Of a stretch of DNA of 64,000 nt, positions 1 to 10,376 are shown piece after piece. Below the pieces are notes generated by a model that was given only the letters and a program-made list of their open reading frames with translations, ran no database searches and had not been told where the DNA came from. Position numbers and translations under genes: made by a program. The DNA lies in the NCBI GenBank assembly GCA_965652295.1, contig CBFGTS010000011.1:32001-96000 (forward strand), read 5' to 3'. Source of the DNA: an uncultured Haloferula sp. Lineage in GTDB: Bacteria; Verrucomicrobiota; Verrucomicrobiia; Verrucomicrobiales; Akkermansiaceae. How positions within the stretch are numbered: position 1 is the stretch's first letter; each line of letters opens with the position of its first letter.

Positions 1-16
1 CTAGGACGGGGGACCA

Positions 17-943
17 ATGAGCGACGTCGTTATTCTGTTTTCCGGCCAGGGTGCCCAGAAGGTGGGCATGGGAAAGGACTTCCATGAGGTTTCGGAGGCC
101 GCGCGGGCGAAGTTCGCGGCGGCCGATGAAGCGCTGGGTTTCCCGCTTTCTCAGGTGATGTTCGAAGGTCCGGAGGAGGAGCTGACGCGCACCTCGCGAT
201 GCCAGCCGGCGCTTTATCTGCACGGTCTCGTGGCGCTGGACCTGCTGAAGGAAAGACTGCCGCACCTGAACCCGGTGGCGGCGGCGGGTTTGTCGCTTGG
301 CGAGTTCACCGCGCACACGGCGGCGGGGACGTTTTCCTTTGAGGACGGTTTGCGGATCGTCGCCAAGCGCGGCGGCTTCATGGAGGAAGCCTGCGAGGCC
401 ACCCAGGGAGCGATGGCGGCGATGATTGGCGGGGATGACGAAGCCGTGGCCGCCTTGGCGGCGGAGCACGATGTGGACGTGGCGAACTTCAACTGCCCGG
501 GCCAGACGGTGATCTCCGGCGACGAGCCGGGCATCGATGCCGCGGTGGCGGCGGCCAAGGAAAAAGGCATCCGCAAGGCGGTGAAACTGAAGGTGGCCGG
601 TGCCTACCACAGCCGCTTGATGAAGTCGGCCCAGGACAAGCTGGCGGCGGCACTGGCGGGGGTGGAAATGCAGAACCCCACGATTCCCGTCGTTTGCAAC
701 TACGCCGCCAAAGCGGTGGGCGAGCCGGCGGAAATCCGGGAAATGCTGGAGAAGCAGGTGACCGGTTCGGTGCGTTGGACCGAGTCGATCCAGAAGCTGG
801 TGGCCGACGGTCACACGACCTTCATCGAACTCGGCCCCGGCAAGGTGTTGGCAGGGCTGGTTTCGAAAATCGCGAAGGACGTCAAGGTGGTGAGCATCGA
901 GGATCTCGCCAGCCTGGAGGCGGCGGTCGAGGTGCTTTCCTGA
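17..943 (+). CDS. fabD: Malonyl-CoA:ACP transacylase
   Basis: N-terminal LFSGQGAQ, catalytic GLSLGE, GAYHS and ELGPG motifs; 308 aa. Confidence 0.96.
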   Translation: MSDVVILFSGQGAQKVGMGKDFHEVSEAARAKFAAADEALGFPLSQVMFEGPEEELTRTSRCQPALYLHGLVALDLLKERLPHLNPVAAAGLSLGEFTAHTAAGTFSFEDGLRIVAKRGGFMEEACEATQGAMAAMIGGDDEAVAALAAEHDVDVANFNCPGQTVISGDEPGIDAAVAAAKEKGIRKAVKLKVAGAYHSRLMKSAQDKLAAALAGVEMQNPTIPVVCNYAAKAVGEPAEIREMLEKQVTGSVRWTESIQKLVADGHTTFIELGPGKVLAGLVSKIAKDVKVVSIEDLASLEAAVEVLS

Positions 944-944
944 C

Positions 945-3173
945 TCAGCGGCTGGTGGTGAGCCGGCCTGGTAAGGCGGTCATCGTATGTCCGTCGGAGA
1001 ACCGCACCTTCATCGGCCCGGTGCCGAAATGATAGACGGCGTAGGTCCGCTTCCCGTCTTTCTGATAGACATTGAAGAACGGGTGGTCGGCCTGCACCCA
1101 CGGGTCGTTGAGACCGAGGGAATCGAGGGTGTGGATCCATTGGTACATAAAGGCATGGGTGTTGCCGCCTTCGAGGCTGCATGCCGGATTTTCGTCCATG
1201 TATGCCACGGCCATCCGCGGATTCTGGAGAGCGTTGAACATGACGATGAGGTCGCCCCAACCGGTGTTGTAGTCGTTTCCCGCAGGGCGGACGCTGACGA
1301 TCCGGTCGTGGTTCTTCTTCACGTAGGCGGGGTGGCGTCCGAGGGAGATCGAGGCGGGTGTGAAGGGCAGCCAGTTGATGCCGTGGATGCAGTCGATGTC
1401 GCCGGGAAACCAGGTGGCAAAGGCTCCTTTGCCACCCCACACCATGCCGAGCGCGACTTGGGGGAAATCATCGGGAAAGTTCGTGCCATCGGCGTCGAAC
1501 CAATACTCCTCCACGGCGGTGCGCTCGGTGTTGTAGAGAAAGATGGCGGTTTCCATCAGCTCGCCGCGCCCGGTCGCCGCGCCCCAGAGCATGATGCCAT
1601 ACCAGGCGTTGAGCGATTCCGAGGAGGATTCCTGATTGTTGCCATCGCCAAAGTCGGCATGCCCGGAGGCCCACGAGTGCCCCGCGTAGAGATCGAAGCA
1701 GCGCAGTTTCGGAAACATCGGATCGTGCGGATCGGGAGAGGCGATGTCGCGGATCAGCAGTTCGACCATCGGGCCCCAGCGGTCCGCCCATTGCCGATCG
1801 ACCCGTGCCACCTCGGCCGCGGCGCGGATGAAGTAGCCGTAGTGGAAATGATGGTCGTTGAGCTGCGCATCGCTGCCATACGAGGGCGGGCTTCCGATGA
1901 GGGTTCCCCACAGCCTGTTGTAGGAAAACAGGGCTTCGGTTGCTCCGGGCGAAGCGGTGAGCCAGTTCTCCAGGCGGGCTTTGATTTCGGTGATGTAGCC
2001 GTCGCGTAGTTCGGTTTCGCCCAGGCTCTCGGCGATGCCGCTGAGGGTGGCGAGTTTGCCGAGGTGTTTGCCCTCCCAGTAGGTGTCCTTGAATCCCGTC
2101 ACGGGAGCCGGAGGTTCCTCGGCTAGATAGCCGAGAAGCCGCTCGCGATCCGTGATGCCGTCCGCAGGCAGCATTGGTAGCAATCCCTGGATCGGAACCC
2201 GGGTGGTGAAACCGGTGCCCCGCGCGAGCTTCATTTCTCCGCGAACGGAGGCGTAGCTCTGACCGGTGAGCGGTGTGGAGGTGTATTTCCACTGATGGGG
2301 ATAGAGCGCGAAGAGGGTTTCGTCGCCATCCCCCTCCATTGCCTCGGTGGTGAACTGGTAGCGGGCGTCCACGCTGCCGCCGCGGATCTGATGGCTGACG
2401 CGGGTGACGGTGACGTGGCGGTGGGCGACTTCGGCAAACGCTCTCAGGGTTTCCGGCTTCGCGTTCGGTAGCAGGGCGATGGAAAAGTAGTTCTTTTCCG
2501 ATTCCAAGGTGAGCGTCGCGGAGCCATCGGATTTCCAGCCCGACCCGGTCGGTCCGAAGACTCCGTAGGCATGACCGCGTACCGTGAGGCCGAGGGTGGA
2601 ATCGCCCTCCGCACCGGACCAGATGACCGGCTTTTCGGCGAAGCGGAGCACCGGTGCCGCTCCGGCATGGCGAGCGTAAACGAAGGGGCTGCCGTGACCG
2701 AAACGGACATCAAGACGCGCTTCGTCCTTGGTGAAACACACGCCGACGAACCAATCGGAAAAATCCGCGAGGACGGCTTCGGGGAAAGCTTCTTTGCTGG
2801 AAAGCCCCAAGGTGACGTCTCCGGTCTCGCCGATGCCGCCGCCGATGATGCCGTGCTCGTTGGCGACGATCGCGGTGCCCGGATAGCCGATCGCCAGCCC
2901 CTGCGGCAGGCAGCGCAAAGCGAGCGGGTGGGGAAAGAGATTCTGCGAATGCTCCTGCCACACGATCGAGCTCCACCACTGGTTGGTCGGCGTGGGACCG
3001 GTGAGGGAAGGAGCGCGGAAGAGGTGCTTCGGCAGCGGCTCGCACGGCCCCGGAAGCGCGGTGGTGTAGCTGCCGGGTCCCACGGAGACGATGTCCGCCG
3101 GGGCGGCGTTCGTGCCGAGCAGCAGGAAACCGAGGGTGAGTGGCAACCGGAGTAGTCGCGGGGTGGACGGCAT
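945..3173 (-). CDS. Secreted GH81 endo-beta-1,3-glucanase
   Basis: GH81 motifs LNDHHFHYGY, HSWASG, NQESSSE; ATG at 3173 followed by a signal peptide (MPSTPRLLRLPLTLGFLLLGTNAAPA). Confidence 0.88.
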   Translation of the reverse strand: MPSTPRLLRLPLTLGFLLLGTNAAPADIVSVGPGSYTTALPGPCEPLPKHLFRAPSLTGPTPTNQWWSSIVWQEHSQNLFPHPLALRCLPQGLAIGYPGTAIVANEHGIIGGGIGETGDVTLGLSSKEAFPEAVLADFSDWFVGVCFTKDEARLDVRFGHGSPFVYARHAGAAPVLRFAEKPVIWSGAEGDSTLGLTVRGHAYGVFGPTGSGWKSDGSATLTLESEKNYFSIALLPNAKPETLRAFAEVAHRHVTVTRVSHQIRGGSVDARYQFTTEAMEGDGDETLFALYPHQWKYTSTPLTGQSYASVRGEMKLARGTGFTTRVPIQGLLPMLPADGITDRERLLGYLAEEPPAPVTGFKDTYWEGKHLGKLATLSGIAESLGETELRDGYITEIKARLENWLTASPGATEALFSYNRLWGTLIGSPPSYGSDAQLNDHHFHYGYFIRAAAEVARVDRQWADRWGPMVELLIRDIASPDPHDPMFPKLRCFDLYAGHSWASGHADFGDGNNQESSSESLNAWYGIMLWGAATGRGELMETAIFLYNTERTAVEEYWFDADGTNFPDDFPQVALGMVWGGKGAFATWFPGDIDCIHGINWLPFTPASISLGRHPAYVKKNHDRIVSVRPAGNDYNTGWGDLIVMFNALQNPRMAVAYMDENPACSLEGGNTHAFMYQWIHTLDSLGLNDPWVQADHPFFNVYQKDGKRTYAVYHFGTGPMKVRFSDGHTMTALPGRLTTSR

Positions 3174-3217
3174 GGCCACCTTACCGGCGGCGGGGCAAGA
3201 GCCTTTCGGCGATGCGC

Positions 3218-6200
3218 TCAGCGATTGCGATAGCGCGGCACGAAGGGTTTCTCGACGGCGTCCGCCACGTCTTCCAGAAGCACCTCGACCGCCTTTTCCA
3301 GCTGTTTGTCCTCGCCGGCGATCAGGTCGGCGGGATCCGGCCAGATGACCACGTCGGGCTCCGCGCCATTCATTTCCATGTCCTCGCCCGTGTCCGGCAG
3401 GAACCAGCCGCGGAATGGCACGCGCAGGGTGCCGGCATCCAGAATGCGATCCTTGGTGGCGGAAATCACGCCGCCGGCGGTGGTCACGCCGACCAGCTTG
3501 CCGCGGCCGAGGGTCTTGATCGCGTGGGCGAAGATCTCGGCGTTGGAGTAGGAGTTCTGGTTGCACAGGACGACCAGCGGCTTGTGCCAGGAGGCGTAGA
3601 CCTTGCGGTCCTGCGGGTAGCCCGGACCACCATCGCGCGGGATCGTCACGGCGTGGCGCGGCTGGCAGAGGACGGTGAGGAGGTGGTCGGTGGTGAAGCC
3701 GCCGCCGTTGTCGCGGATGTCGATGACCAGTCCGCTCTTGCCGTGTCCGGCGGCGTAGATCTGGCGCTCGAAGCGGTCGAACTCGTCCCAGAACATCCGG
3801 GCGATGTGGACGTAGCCGAGTTTGCCGCCGGAAAGTTCTTCGACCTCTTTGCGGTTGTGGGCGATGACCTCGGCCTCGGCGAGGAGCGTGGCTTTCGGGT
3901 AGGAAATCGGCTCCAGCAGATGGGTGTGTTCCTTCTGATCGGAGTCGCGCACGACGAGTTCGATCCGGCGGTCCATGCGCCCGTTCATGAAACGGTGGAC
4001 AGGCGTGCTGCCATCGACCTGGCGTCCGTTGACCCGCACGATGGTATCTCCGGGACGCACCGGCGGGCGACAGGTGGCGGCGGGGCTGCCGGCGATGACG
4101 CTCGCCACGGTGAGGGGGTCTCCGGCACCGTGACGCTTGAAGCGGATGCCGAGGTGGCGCGTCCGCTGGAATTCGGAACCCTCCGCGTTCCATGGCTTCG
4201 GCCACTCTTCGGAAACGAAGGTCAGGTGGGAGGCGTTCAGTTCGCCGAGCAGCATGCCGACCACGCGGTCGAAGGTCCGCGAGTCGGCCGCTTCGGCCGC
4301 GACCGTCTCGTATTTGGTCAGCATGCGATCCCAGTCGAGCCCGTTCATTTCCGGGTCGTAGAACCGGTCGCGCAGCGTGCGCCAGACGAGCCGGAACGAG
4401 GTCCGCTGGTGCGCTCTGCGATCGCGCAGCAGCCGGGCCTCGATCGGGAACTTCTTCAGCCTGCCCTTTTTGAGCGTGGCCGGGGATTGATCGACGATCC
4501 AGTAGAGGGTGCCGTCCCTTTCCGCCCGGATCGGGAGACCGCGCTCGTCGGCCATCACTTCCATCTTGGCTCGCGGGCGAGGCTCGATCCGATAAAGGGT
4601 GTCGTTGCTGCTGTTTTCCGATTGGAAAAGGATCGCCCGGCCATCGCCGGACCACATCACTCGCTTCGGCTCAATGCCGCGGGTGTTCAGACGCACGACC
4701 CGCTCGCTGAGGCCTTCGAAGTCGATCGGCAGCCGTTTGCGGGTGCGCTGGGAACGCTTCTTGGGCGTGGGCTCCGGCTCCAGAAGTTCGCCGGAGATCT
4801 GATCGGGTTCGTCCTCGTCGCTCTCGGTTTCCAGCTGATAGGACGGGTCGTCCCGCATCGCCGCCTCGGCCTCAAGTTCTCGGAGGTCGCGTGTGGATCT
4901 CACCGCTTCGTCGAGCTGCAGGTTGACGTAGAAAAGCCCCATTTCATTGTCGAGACGGCGACCGGTGAAGGCGATGCAGCCGCCGTTGGGAGACCAGCGG
5001 GGCGAGCCTTCGAAATCCGGATGCCGCGAGACGTTGAACGGTTCGATGCTGCCATCGCAGGGAACGATGTAGATGTCGCGGTTGAAATTCTGATCCTGGG
5101 CCGCGAACACCATCCACTCGCCGTCCGGCGACCAGTCGAAACTGGGTGCGTTCCAGCATTCGAAGAGAACCCGCGCGCCCTTGCCATCGGCATCCGCCAC
5201 CACCAGGTGCCCGCTGCCTGAGACGTAGCCGAGCTTGCCGCCCTTCGGACTGAGGGAGAATCGTCGCTTCGGCTCGGGGGAAAAGGTGATCTGTTCGTGA
5301 ACGAACGATTCGGTCTGCCACCAGAACGAGTCGGGATCCTTCCGCGAAAGCCTCCAGATCTGACAGTCGATGCCGTCGTCCTTCGTGTAGTAGACGTATT
5401 TTCCGTCGGGGGAAAACACCGGGTCGTCCTCGAGGGCATCGCTGCGGGTGATCCGGTTCGGCTCCCGCAGCACGGTGTCCATCGCCCAGAGCTCGCCCTC
5501 GGCCTTGAAGACGATCTCCAGCCCGCTGGCGGAAAAATCGGCGTCCACCGTGCCATCGATCTCGCGCATTTCCTGGTGGGTGTCCGGCAGGTCTTCGGCC
5601 TGCCAGATGTCGAGCTTGACCGGCTCGCCACCCTTCTCCGGGTGATAACGCCAGAGGTCGAAGCCGCGGCGGAAGACGATGGTTGAGCCATCCGCGGAGA
5701 GCGATGGCAGCATCACCCCGTCCTCTGTGAAGTGGGTGAGCTGGCGATCCTGCGAACCGTCCATGCGGCGGCTCCACAGGTTGAAGGTGCCGTCCTGCTC
5801 GGAAACGTAGTAGAAGCCTTTTCCGTCCCGCCACGGCAGGGGCGAGCGTGCCTCCCACTCCTCCTTCACCAGCGCGGTGAAGCTTTCTTCGGCGAGGTCG
5901 TAGCGCCAGATCGAGGACGCGCGCGGACCCCGGTAGCCCTTGCGGTAGAGCTGTTCACCTTCGCGGCAGAAAAGCACCGCGGAGCCGTCGGGCAGCCACG
6001 AGGCGCTGTTGCCCTTGGTGTTGAAAAGATAGGCTTCGGGCGCGGTGCGGCGGAGGTCGATGCGGATCAGTCGCTGCGGCCGGAACCCGGGCTCGTCCCG
6101 CTCGCCGCGGATCAGGGCGGTGGTGCCGTCCGGCGAGATCGCCTCCAAGGTGCCTCCTTCGGAGTGAAAGGAAAGCTGGGTGGCGGGGCCGCCCTCAAGA

Positions 6201-6550
6201 GGCATCGAAAAAAGCTGCAAGGCACCCGCGCGGGTCGAACAAAAGAAGAGGGTTTTTCCATCCGGCGCGAAATGCGGGTAGCTGTCGCGCGCCGGGTGCG
6301 CCGTGATCCGCGTTGCCCGGCCACCTTCGGTCGGGCAGCTCCACAAATCCTCCCGCCATTCGAAAACCACCTGTTTCCCATCCGGAGAAACGCAGGGCCA
6401 GCTCGTCATCAGCACCTCGCCCGCGGCGGCGGGCCGCGCGGACTCCGCCGCTTGGAGCGGACAAGCCAGCCAAGCGGTCGCAACGATGAGAAAAAAGACG
6501 GAAACCCAATGCATCGACTCCAATCTATACGAGGAAGCGTCGAGTTTCAT
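3218..6550 (-). CDS. Tricorn-type S41 protease (beta-propellers, PDZ, S41 domain)
   Basis: Repeated SPDG propeller motifs, GELNASH, PDZ region, DIRDNGGG, YSNAE catalytic Ser; start may be ATG 6514. Confidence 0.9.
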   Translation of the reverse strand: MKLDASSYRLESMHWVSVFFLIVATAWLACPLQAAESARPAAAGEVLMTSWPCVSPDGKQVVFEWREDLWSCPTEGGRATRITAHPARDSYPHFAPDGKTLFFCSTRAGALQLFSMPLEGGPATQLSFHSEGGTLEAISPDGTTALIRGERDEPGFRPQRLIRIDLRRTAPEAYLFNTKGNSASWLPDGSAVLFCREGEQLYRKGYRGPRASSIWRYDLAEESFTALVKEEWEARSPLPWRDGKGFYYVSEQDGTFNLWSRRMDGSQDRQLTHFTEDGVMLPSLSADGSTIVFRRGFDLWRYHPEKGGEPVKLDIWQAEDLPDTHQEMREIDGTVDADFSASGLEIVFKAEGELWAMDTVLREPNRITRSDALEDDPVFSPDGKYVYYTKDDGIDCQIWRLSRKDPDSFWWQTESFVHEQITFSPEPKRRFSLSPKGGKLGYVSGSGHLVVADADGKGARVLFECWNAPSFDWSPDGEWMVFAAQDQNFNRDIYIVPCDGSIEPFNVSRHPDFEGSPRWSPNGGCIAFTGRRLDNEMGLFYVNLQLDEAVRSTRDLRELEAEAAMRDDPSYQLETESDEDEPDQISGELLEPEPTPKKRSQRTRKRLPIDFEGLSERVVRLNTRGIEPKRVMWSGDGRAILFQSENSSNDTLYRIEPRPRAKMEVMADERGLPIRAERDGTLYWIVDQSPATLKKGRLKKFPIEARLLRDRRAHQRTSFRLVWRTLRDRFYDPEMNGLDWDRMLTKYETVAAEAADSRTFDRVVGMLLGELNASHLTFVSEEWPKPWNAEGSEFQRTRHLGIRFKRHGAGDPLTVASVIAGSPAATCRPPVRPGDTIVRVNGRQVDGSTPVHRFMNGRMDRRIELVVRDSDQKEHTHLLEPISYPKATLLAEAEVIAHNRKEVEELSGGKLGYVHIARMFWDEFDRFERQIYAAGHGKSGLVIDIRDNGGGFTTDHLLTVLCQPRHAVTIPRDGGPGYPQDRKVYASWHKPLVVLCNQNSYSNAEIFAHAIKTLGRGKLVGVTTAGGVISATKDRILDAGTLRVPFRGWFLPDTGEDMEMNGAEPDVVIWPDPADLIAGEDKQLEKAVEVLLEDVADAVEKPFVPRYRNR

Positions 6551-6740
6551 ACGTTACATGTTTCGGGAAACCAAAGTATTTTTCCGCCGGTTAACCCCTT
6601 TCAGCACCCGCCGTACCAGCCGGGCGGCGATGATGGGCCGACGGGCCGGATCTGGAGAAGGCGGCGGTCGATGAACGACTTTGGTCCCGATGTCGAGCCT
6701 TGGAATCCCGCTTTCGCCGGGATCTCCTCGGGGCATCCCG

Positions 6741-8018
6741 CTATTGCTGGCTTTCCTGGTGCTCGCGGATGCGGCGGTTCATGTGGTCGACCACATTCGG
6801 CGGCAGTTCGTTCGAGGTCATCCAGCGGGTGGCCGCGTCGAAATCCCGTCGCATCCATCCTTCCAGCATGCGGCGATACATCCGCCCCTGCTGACGGCCG
6901 TCCTCGATGCGGTCGATGTAGCTGACGGCGACCTCGGGGTCCTCCCGGAACGCATGCCAGACGAACTGCTGATAAACACGGTCGTTGGCGTCGCCGGCGT
7001 GCTGGTCGAGGAACTCGGCGGCGGCGCGCGGGTTCTCCACCGCCATTTGATTGGTCAGGCCGCGGAGGGCATTGCTGCGCATGTCGCCCTCGGGCAGCGA
7101 ACGGAAAAAGGAGAGGGCACCGTCGCGGTCGGTATTCGCCCAAGCGGTGACGGCGTCATCGATGCCACGGCCGGCCTCCTCGCCGGGATTCGAGGAAAGC
7201 CAGTAGGCGGCGTCTGCCGGGTCGGAGCGCATCAGCTCGTCGGCCAGGCGGCGCACCGCACCATCGCGCAGGCGCTCGTCGGAGATCGCCGCGACCCAGG
7301 ATTTCGCGACATCGGTGCCTTGTTCGAGGATGTGCGGCATGATCGAGTTCAATGCCTCGCCCCGTTCCCGGGAGAAAGGCATCTCGGTCATCAGCTGGGT
7401 GGCCAGCGTGGGATCGTTCGCCGCGATGCCGCGGATCACGCCCACCATCAGCGGATTGGCGCCATCGCCCTCGTGAGCGGTGCGCGCCCAGGCAATCGCA
7501 CTCTGCGGGTCGCTCGCCGCCCAGGTGGCGAGGATGGTGTTGCGGGCAAAGGGGTGATCGATGTTCTCCGTCGCGTAATCGAGCGCTGCGAGCGGGTCGA
7601 GTTTCGCCCACGCCGTCATGAGCATCTCATACTCGGCCATGTTTTCCCGGGAGAATCCCTTCTCCCGGAACTGGGCGACCACCGCCTCGAACTGGTCGCG
7701 GTCGAGCGTATTGACAAAATCCAGCCACGCCTGGATGCGGGAGAGGGGGTCGCCGTCCTTGATGATCCGCTCCATTTCCTCGGTCAGCACGTCCCATGAC
7801 GGCTCCCCGGCCAGTGTGTCGCGTTCGCCGATTCTTGCGCCGGTCGACGCATCCGCTCCCGCAGAACTCCGGCTTCCGCGCCCGGTGAGGGCATGGTTGG
7901 CCTCCTCCAGCGTGCCGTCCGCGGGGGAGGCAGGGTGGGGTGCGGTCGCGCGGCCGAGGAAGAACGCGCCAGCTCCGGCGACGACGACGGTGGCGATCAA
8001 GGGTAGGGTAGGCTTCAT
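6741..8018 (-). CDS. Membrane-anchored helical-repeat hypothetical protein
   Basis: N-terminal TM segment; recurring W(A)xxDPxxAxxW/Y repeats. Confidence 0.75.
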   Translation of the reverse strand: MKPTLPLIATVVVAGAGAFFLGRATAPHPASPADGTLEEANHALTGRGSRSSAGADASTGARIGERDTLAGEPSWDVLTEEMERIIKDGDPLSRIQAWLDFVNTLDRDQFEAVVAQFREKGFSRENMAEYEMLMTAWAKLDPLAALDYATENIDHPFARNTILATWAASDPQSAIAWARTAHEGDGANPLMVGVIRGIAANDPTLATQLMTEMPFSRERGEALNSIMPHILEQGTDVAKSWVAAISDERLRDGAVRRLADELMRSDPADAAYWLSSNPGEEAGRGIDDAVTAWANTDRDGALSFFRSLPEGDMRSNALRGLTNQMAVENPRAAAEFLDQHAGDANDRVYQQFVWHAFREDPEVAVSYIDRIEDGRQQGRMYRRMLEGWMRRDFDAATRWMTSNELPPNVVDHMNRRIREHQESQQ

Positions 8019-8165
8019 GAGGAGGTTGGGAAAACGTGCCCCTTATACGCGGCACCGCACCGGATCTTATTTCCAAAACGTCCGGTCCCGGCGGGTGATG
8101 CGGAAACCGGAAAGGCGAAAGATGCGTCGCCTCTTTTGCTCCATCAAGTGACTCCATCGCTTTTT

Positions 8166-8183
8166 TCAAGCGTTTGTTTGACA
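8166..8183 (+). promoter_or_regulatory. Imperfect palindrome (candidate TetR operator) overlapping a TTGACA -35 box
   Basis: TCAAGCGTTTGTTTGA at 8166-8181; TTGACA at 8178-8183, about 30 nt before the tetR start. Confidence 0.5.
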
Positions 8184-8211
8184 ATGCTGGCGGGGAGGCA
8201 AGTTTTGCGCC

Positions 8212-8937
8212 GTGAAAGCCTCGATGACCAAGGTGGAGAGCGGGATTGCGACCCGCCAACGGCTGTTGGAAGCGGCCGAGGAATTGTTCGCCCAACACGG
8301 GTTTGAAAAGGTTGCTGTAAGGGATGTGACGGACAAGGCCGGAGCCAACGTGGCGGCGGTGAACTACCATTTCGGCAGTCGCGAGCAGTTGGTCGAGAAA
8401 GTCATCGAGCGCTACCTCACGCCGATCAACGAAGAGCGCCTGGCACGGCTTGACGCTCTGGAGCGGAAGGCTCCGGGCAAGGTCGTGAGCCTGGAGGAAA
8501 TACTCGAAGCCTTCGTTCGTCCCTTTCTTACCCAGCTCCGGCGTAGCGAGCTTTCCGAGCGGATGTGCCTGCGGCTGATCGGGCGGCTTTTCGGGGATCG
8601 GGCCGGGCAAATGCCCCAAGCGCTGACCATTCAATTCCAGTTGGTAATGAATCGATTCAAGCGGGCGTTTGAAAGGGCCTTGCCGGGGGTGGCCGAGGAG
8701 GATTTGATCTGGCGATCCTACTTCATGGCGGGCGCGATGATTCATGCCATGGGCAACGTGGAGGTGTTGCAGCAGGTCACCCAGGGCGACTGCGGGAATC
8801 CTTCGATGGAGCTGACCCTTTCGCGCTTCATCCGCTTCGCAGCGGCCGGAATGAGGCAGGGGGCAGGGGTGGGGGCGCCGGACTCTGATAAAGCGGAAAA
8901 ATCAGAGGATATTCCTCAAGGTGAGTTCCTTTTCTAA
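8212..8937 (+). CDS. TetR/AcrR family regulator
   Basis: TRQRLLEAAEELFAQHGF...ANVAAVNYHFGSRE HTH. Confidence 0.93.
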   Translation: MKASMTKVESGIATRQRLLEAAEELFAQHGFEKVAVRDVTDKAGANVAAVNYHFGSREQLVEKVIERYLTPINEERLARLDALERKAPGKVVSLEEILEAFVRPFLTQLRRSELSERMCLRLIGRLFGDRAGQMPQALTIQFQLVMNRFKRAFERALPGVAEEDLIWRSYFMAGAMIHAMGNVEVLQQVTQGDCGNPSMELTLSRFIRFAAAGMRQGAGVGAPDSDKAEKSEDIPQGEFLF

Positions 8938-8944
8938 GTTTTCT

Positions 8945-10357
8945 ATGAATCTTGGAAGCGTGGGATTCGCAATGGTGGCGGGTGGTCTGCTGACCGGCTG
9001 CATGATTCAGCCTCCGTCGAGCCGGATGGCCGAGGGTGGGGTTGCTCCCGGCTCGTGGTCGGCGACCCGGCAAGGCCAGGCGGGCGTCGATGACAAGTGG
9101 GTGGAGCGTATTGGAAACAATCGCTTGAAACGATTGATTTCCGAGGCGTATGCGGCCAATCCGGACTTGCGGGCGGCGGCGGCGCGGGTCCAGCGGGCGG
9201 CAGCGGTGGCGAAGGGTGCGGGCGCGGCGGCAAGACCCCAGCTGAACGCGGGTTTCAGTGCCAACCGGCAGAAGCAGAATTTCATCGGCCTGCCGATCGG
9301 CGGCGGGGGCGGCGTGTTGTCGTCGATTTCCGAAAGCTACGGCGCGTCGCTGAACCTGAGCTGGGAGATCGATTTGTGGGGCAAGGTCCGGGCTGGCGAA
9401 CAGGCTGCCCTGGCGGACTTGCAGGCGCAGGGAGAGACGTACCGGGCAGCGCGGGCCTCCCTGGCAGCCCAGGTGGCGCGGGCGTGGCTGGCGCTAGCGG
9501 AAGCGAACGAGCAGATCGAGCTTGCGGAGCAGGCGCTCAAGGTGCGGCGGGACAATGCGGAGTTGATTTTCGGACGCTTCGAGACGGCTGCGGCGGAGGC
9601 CGGAGCCAGCGGGGCCCAGGTGCGGCTCGCGGAGACGGATGTGGCGACGGCTGAGGCGAGCCTTTCGCAGCGCCGCGGCGAGGCCGATCAGGCGAAGCGG
9701 CAGTTGGAGATCCTGCTGGGGCGTTATCCTTCCGCGGAGATTCTGGGTGCGAAGCTTCCGGACGTGCCGCCGTTTCCGCCTGCCGGGCTGCCTTCCGAGC
9801 TGCTGCTGCGGCGCCCCGATATCCTCGCGGCCGAGCGCCGGCTCGCGGCGGCGGGGAAACGCCTGACGGAGGCGAGACTGGCCTACTACCCGAGCTTCCC
9901 GCTGACGGCTTCGGCCGGGACGACGACCAACGAGCTGAGGAATATCTTCGACAGCGATTTCGGCGTGTGGTCGATCGGCGGACGGATCGCCCAGCCGATT
10001 CTGGCGGGCGGCCAGCTGCGTTCGCAGGAGGAAATCCGAAGCGCTGAAGAAAAGGAGGCGCTGGCGAACTTGCAGCAGACGGTGCTGAACGGCTTCGGCG
10101 AAGTGGAGACGGCGCTCGCGGCCGATCGTTTCCTGGCGGAGCGCGAGAAGTCGGTGGCGGAGGCGCTGGAGTTGGCCGCGGATGGAGCGGATTCCGCCCA
10201 GGAGGATTTTGCCGGGGGTGCGGGCGACGTGCTGACGCTGCTGCAAGCGCAGTCGCGGCGGCTGGAACTGGCTTCGCAGCGGCTCTCGCTCCGTCGCCTG
10301 CGGCTGGACAACCGCGTGACCCTGCACCTCGCCCTCGGTGGCGACTACCGACCCTGA
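8945..10357 (+). CDS. RND outer membrane factor lipoprotein (NodT/OprM family)
   Basis: Lipobox LLTGC; SWEIDLWG, PSELLLRRPDI, LALGG motifs. Confidence 0.92.
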   Translation: MNLGSVGFAMVAGGLLTGCMIQPPSSRMAEGGVAPGSWSATRQGQAGVDDKWVERIGNNRLKRLISEAYAANPDLRAAAARVQRAAAVAKGAGAAARPQLNAGFSANRQKQNFIGLPIGGGGGVLSSISESYGASLNLSWEIDLWGKVRAGEQAALADLQAQGETYRAARASLAAQVARAWLALAEANEQIELAEQALKVRRDNAELIFGRFETAAAEAGASGAQVRLAETDVATAEASLSQRRGEADQAKRQLEILLGRYPSAEILGAKLPDVPPFPPAGLPSELLLRRPDILAAERRLAAAGKRLTEARLAYYPSFPLTASAGTTTNELRNIFDSDFGVWSIGGRIAQPILAGGQLRSQEEIRSAEEKEALANLQQTVLNGFGEVETALAADRFLAEREKSVAEALELAADGADSAQEDFAGGAGDVLTLLQAQSRRLELASQRLSLRRLRLDNRVTLHLALGGDYRP

Positions 10358-10376
10358 TTTCCAACTCTGATTGTTT

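Noticed and set aside
3174..4655. N-terminal 494 aa of the 1236-aa ORF as a GH81 fusion
   Set aside because: Arg/Pro-rich off-frame overlap with the tricorn gene; the real start with a signal peptide is at 3173
8085..8130. c-di-GMP riboswitch-like GAAA motifs
   Set aside because: The conserved stems and spacing could not be built
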